DNA of 64,000 bases, taken from an uncultured virus (IMG/VR IMGVR_UViG_3300003402_000002). Taxonomy: Duplodnaviria; Heunggongvirae; Uroviricota; Caudoviricetes. The notes below the pieces were generated by a model. It did not search any database. It saw only the letters and a list, made by a program, of their open reading frames with translations, and was not told where the DNA came from. Below, piece by piece: positions 1 to 10,639 of the stretch (positions within the stretch are counted from its first letter, which is position 1; each line of letters begins with the position of its first letter). The position numbers and the translations under genes were made by a program. The stretch is from positions 1 through 64,000 of IMG/VR virus record IMGVR_UViG_3300003402_000002; one strand, given 5' to 3'.

Positions 1-185
1 TGATGAAACTGAGGAATGCCTTGACTGAAAGAAACAAAATATCCACTACGGAAATCGGGAAGTTGAGCGGACGGCAGAGCGGCTCGAATGGACATACCTA
101 ATGTATCGAGCAAACCGTACAGGTGGTTGATGCGTCCTTCGAGCTCGATTTCAAATGACGACTTACGGATACGTTCCAGAGACAT
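1..185 (-). CDS. hypothetical protein, partial (runs off window edge)
   Basis: Read by hand: ATG at 185 preceded by AAGGGAG; MSLERIRKSSFEIELEG... stays open to position 1. Confidence 0.6.
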   Translation of the reverse strand, partial: MSLERIRKSSFEIELEGRINHLYGLLDTLGMSIRAALPSAQLPDFRSGYFVSFSQGIPQFH

Positions 186-216
186 CTTTACTCTCCCTTG
201 GAAGAGCGGTCTTAGC

Positions 217-2676
217 CTAGGCTAAGACCGCGTGTTGGTTGTAAGTACCCGGTACAGAGATGTTACTGCTGTCCAGGACTAGAACTTCAGCGTTGGTAAA
301 AGATCCGTGTCCTGAAGCGTAGTGNGAGATCATGAACAACTGACTATGACGGTTAGTGTCCATCAGTTGTTTGACGAAATCCATCAACCGTACGCGATGT
401 TGTTCGTCGAAACCTTCGCCGGGTTCATCCAAGAACAGGGGATAGTCCGTNAGGTTGAGATACAACATGGCCGTGAGTTGAAAGGCNAAGTCAATCATCT
501 GACACTGACCTTTCGATGTCTTGGCGACGTCCGGGACGACGTTATCGGCTGCCGCGAACTGCACTGGGAAACGATAGTCGAGTTCACCCGTCTCCAAACT
601 ACACGTCTGGACGGACATGTCGTATGTCCATACCGAAGCAATGATCGAATTGATTTGAGCTACCAAACAGCCAATGTCATTANCAAGTTGCTCGGCGATT
701 AACCCTTCGTTTGGTGAAAGAGCCTTTACCAACAAACTCAGGGCTTCGGCGTCGAGGTCCACTTCAGACTTCGACTGTTGGAGATCTTTCAGTACGCCTT
801 CTTGGGATTCGTACTCGGAGAGCTTACGTAGAGCGTCACTTAATGCGTTCTGTTGTTGGGTGACTGCTTCATCAATGACGTCGTTACGCAAAGCGTCGAT
901 CAATACCCGATTGATATCGACGATCTGCGCATAGTAGTCCTCGAGACGCTTAGCGATTTGATCACACTCTTGCCGCCGCCGATGGTACTGACTGACCCAG
1001 TCGCGTGACTGGCGGAGCGTTTGGAGACTTCCAGTGGCTTCGACGAGTTCATTCTGAAGTCGCTCTAAACGTTGGGTCAGTAGTGAACGGTCCCCTACCG
1101 ACGAACGTCGTTCTTCGATCTCCCGGTATTGTGCTAATAACCTTTCAGCTTGTTCACGTTGAACGTTGGTTGTTAGATCACGTTGCCATAAGACAAACAA
1201 CGTACCGTTTTGAGAGGGGTTATCTAACAGGAGTTGGTTGGAGAGGATGTAATCCCACAGAGGAGCTAGGCGTGGATAGCCCCGTACAAAACCTCGGAAC
1301 TGTTTGTAGAGTTCCCCGTAGTGATCGGACTCTTCCAAAAACTGCTCGTGTTGACGAATCGTTTCTCGAAGAGACTCGATCGAGGTGACGTGTTCGTCTT
1401 GCCACCGGTGTAACTGAGCGAGTTCTTCTTCGGAATAACCAGGACGCCAGACGTAATGACAACTTGGACACTGGGTTTCTTTCGCTTCGTTCAAAACGTC
1501 GATCTTGGCTTTGATTTGTTCGAGCTTGGCCGAACTGTGGTCGATGGCCCCTTGGGCTAACGTGACGGCTTCGCGTGCTCTCTGTGCCGTGTCGTGAGTG
1601 TAACGGCGATCGCGGTTGTCAGGGAGTTGACGGAAAAGAATCTGGACTTCCTGGTGGATCGACTGCCAGTCGCGCTGGATCTCCGAAGGTTGACTTAGAT
1701 CCTTGAACACCTCAGGGGTGCTACGTAGCTGCGAAACTAATGCGCTTTGTTGTTCGATGCGTAGGGGGAGATCTTCAAGATCCTCACCCGCGTCATTCAC
1801 AACCGACTGCACTACCGACTCTAAGTCACTACATTCATTCCCAATACGCTCGACAAGTCGCTTACCAGATTCCACTTCCACATTGAGTTGATCTAACGTG
1901 ACGTGAACGTCAAAGTCTTCACGGAACACCCACCCCGGCGCAATCTTAGGCACCTTACGGAAGTATTCTCGTGCGAGGGCCTGGGTTTCTTGCGTGATGT
2001 TTGTCAACCTGTCCTTCTGAAACTGCAAGGAAGGTAGATTCGGAATGCGTTCGAGCATCAGAACGTTTAGTTCTTCACGCAGGTGTTTCTCCTGACTTCG
2101 AAGACCCTCGATATCCTGGAAAGCTTGAAAGACTTGAGTCTCATGACTGAGGCGGGCATTCAAATGTTTCAGCGCACCNTGTTGATCGCGCGATCGGCTA
2201 GCGATGCGTTTGAACGTCCCTAGGGCGTACCCGTAGTCTACTTGAGAGATCAGCGTGATCCACTTGCGCCGTTCGATCGGCGCCAAACGCGTCAGTCGAA
2301 CTTCACCCGTCAACAGGTCGTGAATATCTTTGTTGATGTTGAAGTGCTGATACACCAGCACCTTCTGTGATTCCGCCGTACCACCGGGATTGAGTTCCTC
2401 ACCGTCGACCACGAAACTGTGTTTGTTGTTCTTGAACANCGAATCGAGCTGATATGTCCGACCTTGGTGTTCAATCGTGATCTTTTTGAATCCATCTTTC
2501 GAGTAATTCGAACGATGNCCCGGTAACGGGGAAAGTTCACTCAATATGGAACTCTTACCGCTACCGTTAGTACCAAGAATCAATTGCTGTTGGGTCGTCG
2601 GCGTGTAAATGAAATGCTTGATGTTATTACCTAGNAGACGTTGGTACCCGAGTAGCTCCAAACGCACAATGCGCAT
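217..2676 (-). CDS. sbcC: SbcC/Rad50-like SMC ATPase (phiKZ gp165-like)
   Basis: Walker A LGTNGSGKS, long coiled coils, central CPSC zinc hook, signature SKGQ, Walker B LFLDE. Confidence 0.9.
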   Translation of the reverse strand: MRIVRLELLGYQRXLGNNIKHFIYTPTTQQQLILGTNGSGKSSILSELSPLPXHRSNYSKDGFKKITIEHQGRTYQLDSXFKNNKHSFVVDGEELNPGGTAESQKVLVYQHFNINKDIHDLLTGEVRLTRLAPIERRKWITLISQVDYGYALGTFKRIASRSRDQXGALKHLNARLSHETQVFQAFQDIEGLRSQEKHLREELNVLMLERIPNLPSLQFQKDRLTNITQETQALAREYFRKVPKIAPGWVFREDFDVHVTLDQLNVEVESGKRLVERIGNECSDLESVVQSVVNDAGEDLEDLPLRIEQQSALVSQLRSTPEVFKDLSQPSEIQRDWQSIHQEVQILFRQLPDNRDRRYTHDTAQRAREAVTLAQGAIDHSSAKLEQIKAKIDVLNEAKETQCPSCHYVWRPGYSEEELAQLHRWQDEHVTSIESLRETIRQHEQFLEESDHYGELYKQFRGFVRGYPRLAPLWDYILSNQLLLDNPSQNGTLFVLWQRDLTTNVQREQAERLLAQYREIEERRSSVGDRSLLTQRLERLQNELVEATGSLQTLRQSRDWVSQYHRRRQECDQIAKRLEDYYAQIVDINRVLIDALRNDVIDEAVTQQQNALSDALRKLSEYESQEGVLKDLQQSKSEVDLDAEALSLLVKALSPNEGLIAEQLXNDIGCLVAQINSIIASVWTYDMSVQTCSLETGELDYRFPVQFAAADNVVPDVAKTSKGQCQMIDXAFQLTAMLYLNXTDYPLFLDEPGEGFDEQHRVRLMDFVKQLMDTNRHSQLFMIXHYASGHGSFTNAEVLVLDSSNISVPGTYNQHAVLA

Positions 2677-2779
2677 GTCGATCTGAACCCCTGTATGTCG
2701 CTAACATAAGGTGGTTATGAGTCGTCAATAAAAACACCGCCCTAACCGTATGACCTTACCTCTTACCGAGTCCTCAGAC

Positions 2780-3739
2780 ATGTCAGATCCGACTAACCCC
2801 GAAATCTCTGGTTTGGTGNTGTACGCCTTCGGACGTGCGGCAAACAACAAAGCGCTTAATAGCTTGGAACTGGAAGTCACCCCCACCGAACAGCTCAGTA
2901 TGTTAGATGGTGAACTGGTGTCACTACCATTTGACTCCGAAGTCGAAGGGCAACGACCGGATGGTTCGTCGTATAGTGCCAGTGTGAAGCTTAACACGGC
3001 TCTCACTGCGACGTGGTTCCCTTACGGTTCAAACCGTAAGACCCCACCGGACGTGCGTCGAGGTGAACGTATACTGATCTACCGTTACCGGGACACCGAT
3101 CAGTTCTACTGGAAGGAAACCGGACTGGATGATCGACTACGTCGTCTGGAGACAGTACACTACCGATGGTCAGCCACCGCCGATGAAAAGGCGGATATGG
3201 AGGACGCAGGGAACTACTACCATCTCTCGATCTCCACACACGAAGGGTTGATTCATCTGGAGACCAACAAAGCCAATGGGGAAAAAGCGAAGTATGCATT
3301 GCAGATCAACACCAAAGACGGTGTTGTTGCCTTAGCTGATGACCTTGGGAATTTCTGGCAACTGGAGTCAGTGGAGAAAGTCATCTCGTGTCAGAACGGT
3401 GACGGTACACTCTGGCAGCTCAATAAGAAGATCCTCTACGGTTATGCCCCAGATCAGATGCATGTTATCACGGACAAATCCATCCACTTTGAAACCAAGA
3501 ATTTTTTATTGGATTGTGAAACGGCTCAGATCAATGCCTCTAGCAAGGTGGGTATCAAGACTCCGTTATTCGATGTGCAAGCGGAGAACTCCAAGTTCTC
3601 TGGTAATGTCGAGATCGGCGGTAGTTTGACCCAGAAAGGCACCGCGACGTTCCAACAGCCAGTGACCTTCCAACAGCAAATCACGGCCAACGGAATCACA
3701 TCGTCCAAACCGATCGTTGGTCCTTCGAATACCATTTAA
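2780..3739 (+). CDS. baseplate central spike-like protein (phiKZ gp164-like)
   Basis: N-terminal OB-fold-like region (TPPDVRRGERILIYRY), beta-strand-repeat C-terminus; divergent from sbcC as recalled for phiKZ-like phages; start 2750 or 2780. Confidence 0.65.
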   Translation: MSDPTNPEISGLVXYAFGRAANNKALNSLELEVTPTEQLSMLDGELVSLPFDSEVEGQRPDGSSYSASVKLNTALTATWFPYGSNRKTPPDVRRGERILIYRYRDTDQFYWKETGLDDRLRRLETVHYRWSATADEKADMEDAGNYYHLSISTHEGLIHLETNKANGEKAKYALQINTKDGVVALADDLGNFWQLESVEKVISCQNGDGTLWQLNKKILYGYAPDQMHVITDKSIHFETKNFLLDCETAQINASSKVGIKTPLFDVQAENSKFSGNVEIGGSLTQKGTATFQQPVTFQQQITANGITSSKPIVGPSNTI

Positions 3740-3741
3740 GT

Positions 3742-3788
3742 GCATACGCCCCCACTCACCTACCGAGGGTGAGTGGGGGCGATTATGC
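3742..3788. terminator. bidirectional hairpin between convergent genes, GCATA...TATGC flanks
   Basis: 14-bp stem CGCCCCCACTCACC/GGTGAGTGGGGGCG. Confidence 0.75.
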
Positions 3789-3790
3789 TG

Positions 3791-5035
3791 TTAAACAAAC
3801 TTACCTAATTCGAGGAATGACCCGCGAGTCCATTCCCAAGGACGGAAAGGTTCCAGCGAGTTGTCCAAAGCGGCTCGGGTACGCCAATCGGTGGTGCGGA
3901 ATCCGTAGTTGGCTCGAGTGTTGTGATCTGCCGCCAGGACATTGATACCCCAATCCGGGAAGATCTCGTACTCACAGAGTCGTCCATAGGCGCCAAACAG
4001 CGGTAAGCGTTCAGTCCCCTTAGGCGCTTCAAAGCGTTGCGGGAACTTTGAGTTGATGGCTGGAGTACGGGAGACGTAGAGGTTGTCCGCCTTTAACACC
4101 ACCACGAATGACTGTGGTAATGTTAGGTATCGTTTCAGAACCGTGTCGGAGTAAAGTTCCGTGGTCGAAACCTGATACTCGTTGTGCGTGTACTGGGTCA
4201 GCCCTAAACTACTTAAGTCAAGCGTCTGACGCGACTGTAGATACCGTTCCGGCAGGGCTAAACGATTGATGTTGATGCGTAGAGTCGTCGGACCTACGAC
4301 GTCGTATACGTCATCCAGAACGTGCAAATAGCCACCTATTACCAACAGNACCGTGCGACCCTCTACGCTGTAGGGAAGTTGAACGTAGATATGATCGGAC
4401 ATCGGAGCACCGGCGACTTGCGTATAGAGCATGGACTCCGTCAAGGGGAGTTGATCAATCACCCCCACGTCTTTAAACGAATGCATGCCAAGGTGGTTGG
4501 CGTTCCCAGTACGTCCCGTNCGTCCCCCGTCGATCACTTGCAGACCTGTCGCCGTACCGCCGGAACGGTGAAAATAACCATTCACCGAAACGAGCGCGTA
4601 GCGTTGCCATTCCCGGAAGTCAACGCCGGGTTTGGAAAGCAACAGGTCGTTCTTGGCTCCGTAGGGAATTTCCGCGTCATCGTTACGGAAGCGATCAATG
4701 GGCTTGACATTATACCCTGCGCGCCAGACATCGTTGTAGCGCAAACGCTTGAGCGTAAACAACGGCGAGGTCGGTACGGTGGGTAAGGTGGTGTCCCCGT
4801 TTAATACAAGCCACTGATCGACGGTCAGGGCGTGGTAGGGTCCCATGATCGTTTCGCGGATCAACCCCAGATCCAGATAAGCTGGAACCGTGAGGGATGG
4901 GTGTGACAAGGTCAACCAAACCCGGCGGTAGGTCGCAAAGAGTTGGTCGAAGGTCAGTCCGCCTACCGATGCGTCACTCCACAAGCCGTCCAGACCCTTA
5001 GCGCGTGCCTTGGCGGCAACGAGTTGATAGGCCAT
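3791..5035 (-). CDS. putative virion structural protein (conserved phiKZ-like)
   Basis: 414-aa ORF with GAGG RBS; sits between the spike and tail genes. Confidence 0.6.
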   Translation of the reverse strand: MAYQLVAAKARAKGLDGLWSDASVGGLTFDQLFATYRRVWLTLSHPSLTVPAYLDLGLIRETIMGPYHALTVDQWLVLNGDTTLPTVPTSPLFTLKRLRYNDVWRAGYNVKPIDRFRNDDAEIPYGAKNDLLLSKPGVDFREWQRYALVSVNGYFHRSGGTATGLQVIDGGXTGRTGNANHLGMHSFKDVGVIDQLPLTESMLYTQVAGAPMSDHIYVQLPYSVEGRTXLLVIGGYLHVLDDVYDVVGPTTLRININRLALPERYLQSRQTLDLSSLGLTQYTHNEYQVSTTELYSDTVLKRYLTLPQSFVVVLKADNLYVSRTPAINSKFPQRFEAPKGTERLPLFGAYGRLCEYEIFPDWGINVLAADHNTRANYGFRTTDWRTRAALDNSLEPFRPWEWTRGSFLELGKFV

Positions 5036-5163
5036 ACAAAATCCTCGTTTAAGGCATGTTTAAAGGGCGTCCAGCCGGCTAAGAAAGGGCTGAACTTATG
5101 ATATGGTACACGTACTTTTTAACGTCGTTTCATACGATGACGCCCCCGTTGGAGATTTGAGCT

Positions 5164-8100
5164 ATGCCTACTGGAACTACTGCGTATCCGTTCGATCCCT
5201 ACGGTACGCAACCGTCGAATCGTATTACGGCGGAATTTCAACCTTTGTCCCCTCCGGAGTTATCGGAATTTCTCTTTATCATTCCGGAAGCGGCCCCGTT
5301 CTTTGCTGAATCGCTGTCGATCGTCCACGTACCCAGTATGCGTACGTTGGTCGAAGGCGTGGACTACATGCCGACGCATTTGTTCCATGATGCGTCGCTA
5401 GCTTGCGCTAAACCGATTTATGGGTCAATCACGTTCTTTGATAACACTTTGACCGGTGCAGGGAAACTGACCTACCAGACACTCGGTGGTGATTGGGTCT
5501 TGACGGCTCAGAAAATCATCGACATCTTGTCGAACAAACTCGTCAACCCACGCCGCGTGACGTGGGAGCAAGTTGCTGACCTTCCCTATGCCTTCCCACC
5601 CATTGACCATGACTGGCATTTGGATGACATGGTGGGCATGAAGGAAGTGGTCGAAGCTCTTGACAGCATTTTGGCGGCCATGCAACAGTCGGGCGACCAA
5701 GGTCTGGCTACGCATATTGCGGATAAGACCAATCCCCATCAAGTCACCAAAACCCAAGTGGGGCTGAGTGACGTGGAGAACCTCCCTGTCGCGTCGATTG
5801 CCGAAGCCCAGGCTGGTACCGCTCCCAACCGGTACTTGACGGTCTTGCGCGGCGCTCAGCTCGTGCAGGCGTTGATTGGTACGACCCTTGACAACCATAT
5901 CAACAACACCGCTAACCCGCATCAGACGACCAAAACGCACGTCGGTTTGGGTAGTGTGGATAACTTCGCTACCGCCTCTCAGGTGGAAGCCGAAGCGGGT
6001 ATCTCGCCGTCGAAATTCATGACGCCACTGCGTACCGCGCAAGCGATCGCCGCTTTAGCGAGCGCACCCATCAACACGCACATTGCCCGCACTGATAATC
6101 CCCATGCGGTAACCCAGGCTCAAGTCGGTTTGAGTAACGTGCAGAATTACGCGATTGCGGATGTCGTGGCGGCGCGCGCGGGTCTTTCCAACGTTCTGTA
6201 CATGACGCCGGCTATGACCCGTGAGGCGATTGAGACGATCGCCTTGCAAGGGGTGTCTGATCACATTGCCGATATGTCCAATCCCCACAACACGACCAAA
6301 GGTCAGGTAGGGTTAGGAAACGTCGACAACTACGCCACAGCCACGCAAGTGGATGCCGAGACCGGTACGGCCCTAAACCTGTTCATGACGCCACTGCGTA
6401 CCGCGCAAGCGATCGCCGCGCTGATCGGTGACGCGTTAACGGCACATATCAACGACAGCGCTAACCCCCATGCGGTATCAAAAACCCAGGTAGGTCTAGC
6501 GAACGTCCAGAATTACGGGACGGCTGATAACGACCAATCCGTGGCGGGTGTGGCTTCCAATCTCTACATGACTCCCGCAGGAACCAAGGCTTTGATCCTG
6601 GCGTTGGGTGGTGGTACAGGTGGTGGTGGCGATCTCGCTGCTCACCTTGCGGACTTTAACAATCCGCATGAAGTCAGTAAAGACCAAATAGGTCTCTCCC
6701 TAGTGGATAACTTCGCCACGGCGACATTGATCGAGGCCAAAGCTGGCACGGCGAATGATCTGTTCATCACGCCTGCTGGTGCGGCGGGACTAATTGGTTT
6801 CCTGGTTGGTGATGCGTTGTCGGCTCATCTGTCTGACAACGATAACCCTCACAATACCACCGCTAGTCAAGTTGGGGCTTATAGCCAAGCGCAGTCCGAT
6901 GCCGCGCTCGACCTGAAGCTCGATAAGACGGGTATTGCAGCCGACACGACGTTGTTTAGCGGACATACCTTCACGGACACCATGGCGCTGGCTGCGGATG
7001 TGGTGAATTACCCTGTCGACGTAAACGTGTCTGGTTTGGTGTGGACGCTTCTGGGTGAATACAGCTTCGGTACGACGGCAGGTGATCCACCGGTAGCCGA
7101 TATCATGGGTCTGGTCACGGGTGGGGAACCGGCGACCTATCAGCGCGCCGCGACGTTTGAAGTTCATTTGACGGTAAGCAATCTTGCGCTGTCGAAAGTA
7201 GTGGTGCACTCGGAGATCTATTCGGCGGACGTAACCTTTGGTTATGTTGTCAATACCGTAGGTGGCGATACCACCGTGTCCTTGTATGCCCGTGGTCAAG
7301 CGGGTCGTAAACCGTATGCGATCTCACCCTTGTCCCAAGACAGTAAGTTCTTCAAGAACACCAATGCGGTGGTTCAGGTCGAGCCGGTCGGTATCACCTA
7401 CCTGACGTTAAATCTGCCTCCGTTCACGCGTGAACTCACGCGGTTTGGCGATCTGACGTTTGGTGTCTTGCCTTTCGTTCTCAACGCCGATCAGATTGCG
7501 GGTTCGTTAGTGGAGTGGGTGTCCGTGGCGAACACCGATGCGGAAGAACTCGATACCCAAGCCGTGCAAGCTGATCTTCGACACGAATATGGTTCGTTCA
7601 TTCCTTGGTCGGGTTATGCGGATCTGTATCTCTACAAGGATCTTCCGATTCTGGATGCCTGGGGCTGGAACGCGACGATTGATGGGGTGTTGCTGGACAC
7701 CGCTACTGTTGACGGTAGTGCATTCCTGGCAGCTCAAGAAGCCGAACTGAACTACACCTTCGAAGTGGAATTGAGTTCCACCGATCCTGCCGCAAACGGT
7801 GCCGGTGTGATTGCGGCGCAGGTTATGGTCGGTGACCGTCCGGTAGCGATCACTGTGATCCGTACGCCAGGTGGATTGGTGCAAGCCGAACCAACCAAGT
7901 ACAAACTCAAGACCGTGGCGATTCACGTCGGGCAGTTGGACATGACGGACGTGGCCAGTGCTAACGGTAGCCTCCAATGGTCTGACACGGCACTCCCTGA
8001 TGATGCGCGCGATCCGGCGCTATATAACCCAGTGGGTCACGGTTGGGACACCGCCGGTGCGACGCGTATCAAAGTGGTGCGTGCCGGTAATACCTTAACA

Positions 8101-8511
8101 ATTGACGTTTCGGATTTCGGTAGTACGACTTACGTCCCAACGGAACAGGTCGTGATTGATTTGACTTCGTCTGCTCAGTTCGTGGCTTTCGCGGACCGTC
8201 CTTCGAGGTGGGGTTTTGCCAGTCTCAAACAACCGTTCGTGACCTTTAAGGTCTTGAACCGTCCGCATTTCTACCTCGATTATATCCGCACGGGTGTACC
8301 GGCTGATAACGGCAAGCAGCGCTTGTATCGTTACAACGGTGCGTCGTGGGATATGAGTTACCTGGGTCTTAGTAACCCGAAGGTCCGGCCGAACCGTCTG
8401 TATTACAGCGACTGGAACGGTGTGTTGTACCAGTCCCAACGTAACGGCCGACTGCGCCCGATCTTGATCGAGGCATACAGCCGCGCTAATCCGACGGTCA
8501 TTACGGCCTGA
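5164..8511 (+). CDS. NPH-repeat tail/fibre protein (phiKZ gp146-like)
   Basis: N-terminal YPFDPYG and YQTLGG motifs; seven NPH repeat units (HIxxxxNPHxVTKxQVGL...(Y/F)MTPxxT-like); beta-rich, possibly lectin-like C-terminus. Confidence 0.75.
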   Translation: MPTGTTAYPFDPYGTQPSNRITAEFQPLSPPELSEFLFIIPEAAPFFAESLSIVHVPSMRTLVEGVDYMPTHLFHDASLACAKPIYGSITFFDNTLTGAGKLTYQTLGGDWVLTAQKIIDILSNKLVNPRRVTWEQVADLPYAFPPIDHDWHLDDMVGMKEVVEALDSILAAMQQSGDQGLATHIADKTNPHQVTKTQVGLSDVENLPVASIAEAQAGTAPNRYLTVLRGAQLVQALIGTTLDNHINNTANPHQTTKTHVGLGSVDNFATASQVEAEAGISPSKFMTPLRTAQAIAALASAPINTHIARTDNPHAVTQAQVGLSNVQNYAIADVVAARAGLSNVLYMTPAMTREAIETIALQGVSDHIADMSNPHNTTKGQVGLGNVDNYATATQVDAETGTALNLFMTPLRTAQAIAALIGDALTAHINDSANPHAVSKTQVGLANVQNYGTADNDQSVAGVASNLYMTPAGTKALILALGGGTGGGGDLAAHLADFNNPHEVSKDQIGLSLVDNFATATLIEAKAGTANDLFITPAGAAGLIGFLVGDALSAHLSDNDNPHNTTASQVGAYSQAQSDAALDLKLDKTGIAADTTLFSGHTFTDTMALAADVVNYPVDVNVSGLVWTLLGEYSFGTTAGDPPVADIMGLVTGGEPATYQRAATFEVHLTVSNLALSKVVVHSEIYSADVTFGYVVNTVGGDTTVSLYARGQAGRKPYAISPLSQDSKFFKNTNAVVQVEPVGITYLTLNLPPFTRELTRFGDLTFGVLPFVLNADQIAGSLVEWVSVANTDAEELDTQAVQADLRHEYGSFIPWSGYADLYLYKDLPILDAWGWNATIDGVLLDTATVDGSAFLAAQEAELNYTFEVELSSTDPAANGAGVIAAQVMVGDRPVAITVIRTPGGLVQAEPTKYKLKTVAIHVGQLDMTDVASANGSLQWSDTALPDDARDPALYNPVGHGWDTAGATRIKVVRAGNTLTIDVSDFGSTTYVPTEQVVIDLTSSAQFVAFADRPSRWGFASLKQPFVTFKVLNRPHFYLDYIRTGVPADNGKQRLYRYNGASWDMSYLGLSNPKVRPNRLYYSDWNGVLYQSQRNGRLRPILIEAYSRANPTVITA
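6016..6419 (+). repeat. exact 38-nt direct repeat within the NPH-repeat array (6016-6053 and 6382-6419)
   Basis: TTCATGACGCCACTGCGTACCGCGCAAGCGATCGCCGC occurs twice. Confidence 0.9.
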
Positions 8512-8542
8512 CTTACCACCTTTACAAGGAGCATAGCGGGTT

Positions 8543-10630
8543 ATGACCCCTCCAGTACTTCAACTCCCGCTTGACCTCTCCGGAACGGCGGCGACAAACA
8601 AAGTCGCCGCCGAGCTCCACGCCGTGGCGGCCACCGGAACTCGAGCATTTGCCACCTTACGTGGTCCTTTCTTTACCCGTGGTTTGGTCGTGCGCGACAA
8701 CGACACGGGTGTGACGCTGGTACCGGATGTGGACTACCGTCCGGTACATATGTTCCTTGAAGCGTCTTTACGTTCGACGCAAGAGGTCTGTAGCGTCATT
8801 ATCCTCCTACCGACGTGTCCGACGGTGGCCCCGTCGGTGGACTACCAAGCCATTGGTGGTGAATACAGCGCGTCGGTGGCGTCGATCGAACAGTTGATTG
8901 AATCGTTAGATCTGGACAGTCGCACCGTTCGGTGGGGTGACTTGCTGGGTGCACCGGAGTATTTCCCTCCGACGGCTCATTTACACGACATTGGTGATCT
9001 TTACGGTTTCGAGTACGTCGTGGCGGCTTTGGAACAACTCCGGCGCGCGATTATTTTGGGCGACCAAGCAGCCTTTGATGAAATGCGTCAATACATTGAC
9101 GCACAGGACAATACGCTGCGCGGTCTGATCGGTGGTTTTGATTCGTTGTTCAACAGCCACATTCAGAACACGAACAATCCTCACGTGGTCACCAAAGCCC
9201 AAATCGGCTTAAGTAGTGTGCAGAACTACGGCGTTGCTTCTACCGTGCAGGCTCAAGCCGGTACGGCCGATAACGTGTATATGACGCCGCTCAAAACTGC
9301 TCAAGCCATTCAAACCCTGGTGGGGGCGAAAGTCGACGCGCACATCGCTAACGCGAACAACCCTCACAACACCACCAAGGCACAGGTGGGTTTGGGCTCC
9401 GTTAACAATTACGACTTTGCTTCCCAGCTGCAAGCTGAGCAAGGACAGATCTCTACCGCGTACATGACGCCGTGGTTGACGGGAAAGGCGATTGCCTTCC
9501 AAGCGATAGTCCCCCTCAATAACCACATCGCGCGCACAGACAATCCTCACGGAGTGTCGAAGGCCCAGGTGGGTTTGAGTCTAGTGGACAACTACGCCAC
9601 AGCCACTCCCGCACAGACTCAAACCGGTACGGCAACCAACCTGTTTGTCACGCCAGCGGGTTTAAAATACGTGCTGGACAACGGCCTGTCCGGTCAGTTT
9701 GCGGCACATATTGCCCGTACTGACAATCCCCATAGCGTCACTAAGACGCAGATCGGTTTGGGTAACGTCACAAACAACAATCAGGTAATCAATTCCGGTG
9801 GTAATGTAATCTACCTGAAGTGGGCGGGTTCGGAAATCCAAGCTCAAGTCGATGCAACGGCGATGGGACGGGTGCATACCACTGCGCAGCCTGATCCGAA
9901 CATTGCCGCCCACAGTAACCGCACGGACAATCCCCACAACACCACTCAAGCTCAAGTCGGTTTGGGTAATGTACAGAACCTTCCGTTAGCCGGGCAGGCT
10001 GATGCAGAGTCGGGAGCGTCCAACGGTTTCTACATGACACCGCTGCGCACTAAACAAGCCATCACGGCTCAAGCGGTTAATCCACTCCAAACCCAAATCA
10101 ACCAACGTGTAGTGATCAACTCCGACGCGCAGTTGAATTCGCTGTCGATTTCAAGTGTCGGGTATCTTTACAACAGCAGTGGTAATTTGGTTGCGCGTGT
10201 AGGCGGCAATCGGTACTTCATCTTTGGGTCAAATGGTAATTTCACGGCTAGCAATGGTCGTGTGATCGCCGCTTCGGGTTTCCAACCTTCGGATCGTCGA
10301 TTCAAGAAAGGACTACATAAAGTCGTCGCGCGTCCTCTGTGGCGCGGATTCACGTTCAAGGGTTGGGAGAACACCGAAAACCAACAGTCCGAACGCGGTG
10401 TGGTGGCGCAGGAATTACTCAAAGTTGCAGAGGACCGCGTGTTCTTGCATGACTTCGGCCTGAAAGGCCGTAAGAAAATGCGCTACGTGGTCGACTATCT
10501 TGGTACGGCCTTCGAGATGGCCTACGCTGCCGGCCAGGAAAACGACCGTTTGCGTAAGACAGTTGACGCACAAGGGAAACTCATCGAACAGCTCTCGAAG
10601 CGGCTGGCTGCTCTCGAAGCGAAGCGTTGA
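8543..10630 (+). CDS. NPH-repeat tail fibre (phiKZ gp145-like) with C-terminal S74 intramolecular chaperone
   Basis: LPLDLSG and YQAIGG N-terminal motifs, NPH repeats, QPSDRRFKK cleavage motif, GVVAQE, terminal coiled coil. Confidence 0.8.
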   Translation: MTPPVLQLPLDLSGTAATNKVAAELHAVAATGTRAFATLRGPFFTRGLVVRDNDTGVTLVPDVDYRPVHMFLEASLRSTQEVCSVIILLPTCPTVAPSVDYQAIGGEYSASVASIEQLIESLDLDSRTVRWGDLLGAPEYFPPTAHLHDIGDLYGFEYVVAALEQLRRAIILGDQAAFDEMRQYIDAQDNTLRGLIGGFDSLFNSHIQNTNNPHVVTKAQIGLSSVQNYGVASTVQAQAGTADNVYMTPLKTAQAIQTLVGAKVDAHIANANNPHNTTKAQVGLGSVNNYDFASQLQAEQGQISTAYMTPWLTGKAIAFQAIVPLNNHIARTDNPHGVSKAQVGLSLVDNYATATPAQTQTGTATNLFVTPAGLKYVLDNGLSGQFAAHIARTDNPHSVTKTQIGLGNVTNNNQVINSGGNVIYLKWAGSEIQAQVDATAMGRVHTTAQPDPNIAAHSNRTDNPHNTTQAQVGLGNVQNLPLAGQADAESGASNGFYMTPLRTKQAITAQAVNPLQTQINQRVVINSDAQLNSLSISSVGYLYNSSGNLVARVGGNRYFIFGSNGNFTASNGRVIAASGFQPSDRRFKKGLHKVVARPLWRGFTFKGWENTENQQSERGVVAQELLKVAEDRVFLHDFGLKGRKKMRYVVDYLGTAFEMAYAAGQENDRLRKTVDAQGKLIEQLSKRLAALEAKR

Positions 10631-10639
10631 GGAGGGAAC

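Noticed and set aside
5700..10080. Regularly spaced repeats that could suggest a CRISPR array or DGR template/variable repeats
   Set aside because: They are in-frame protein repeats with synonymous divergence; no cas or reverse transcriptase gene and no adenine-specific mismatch pattern seen
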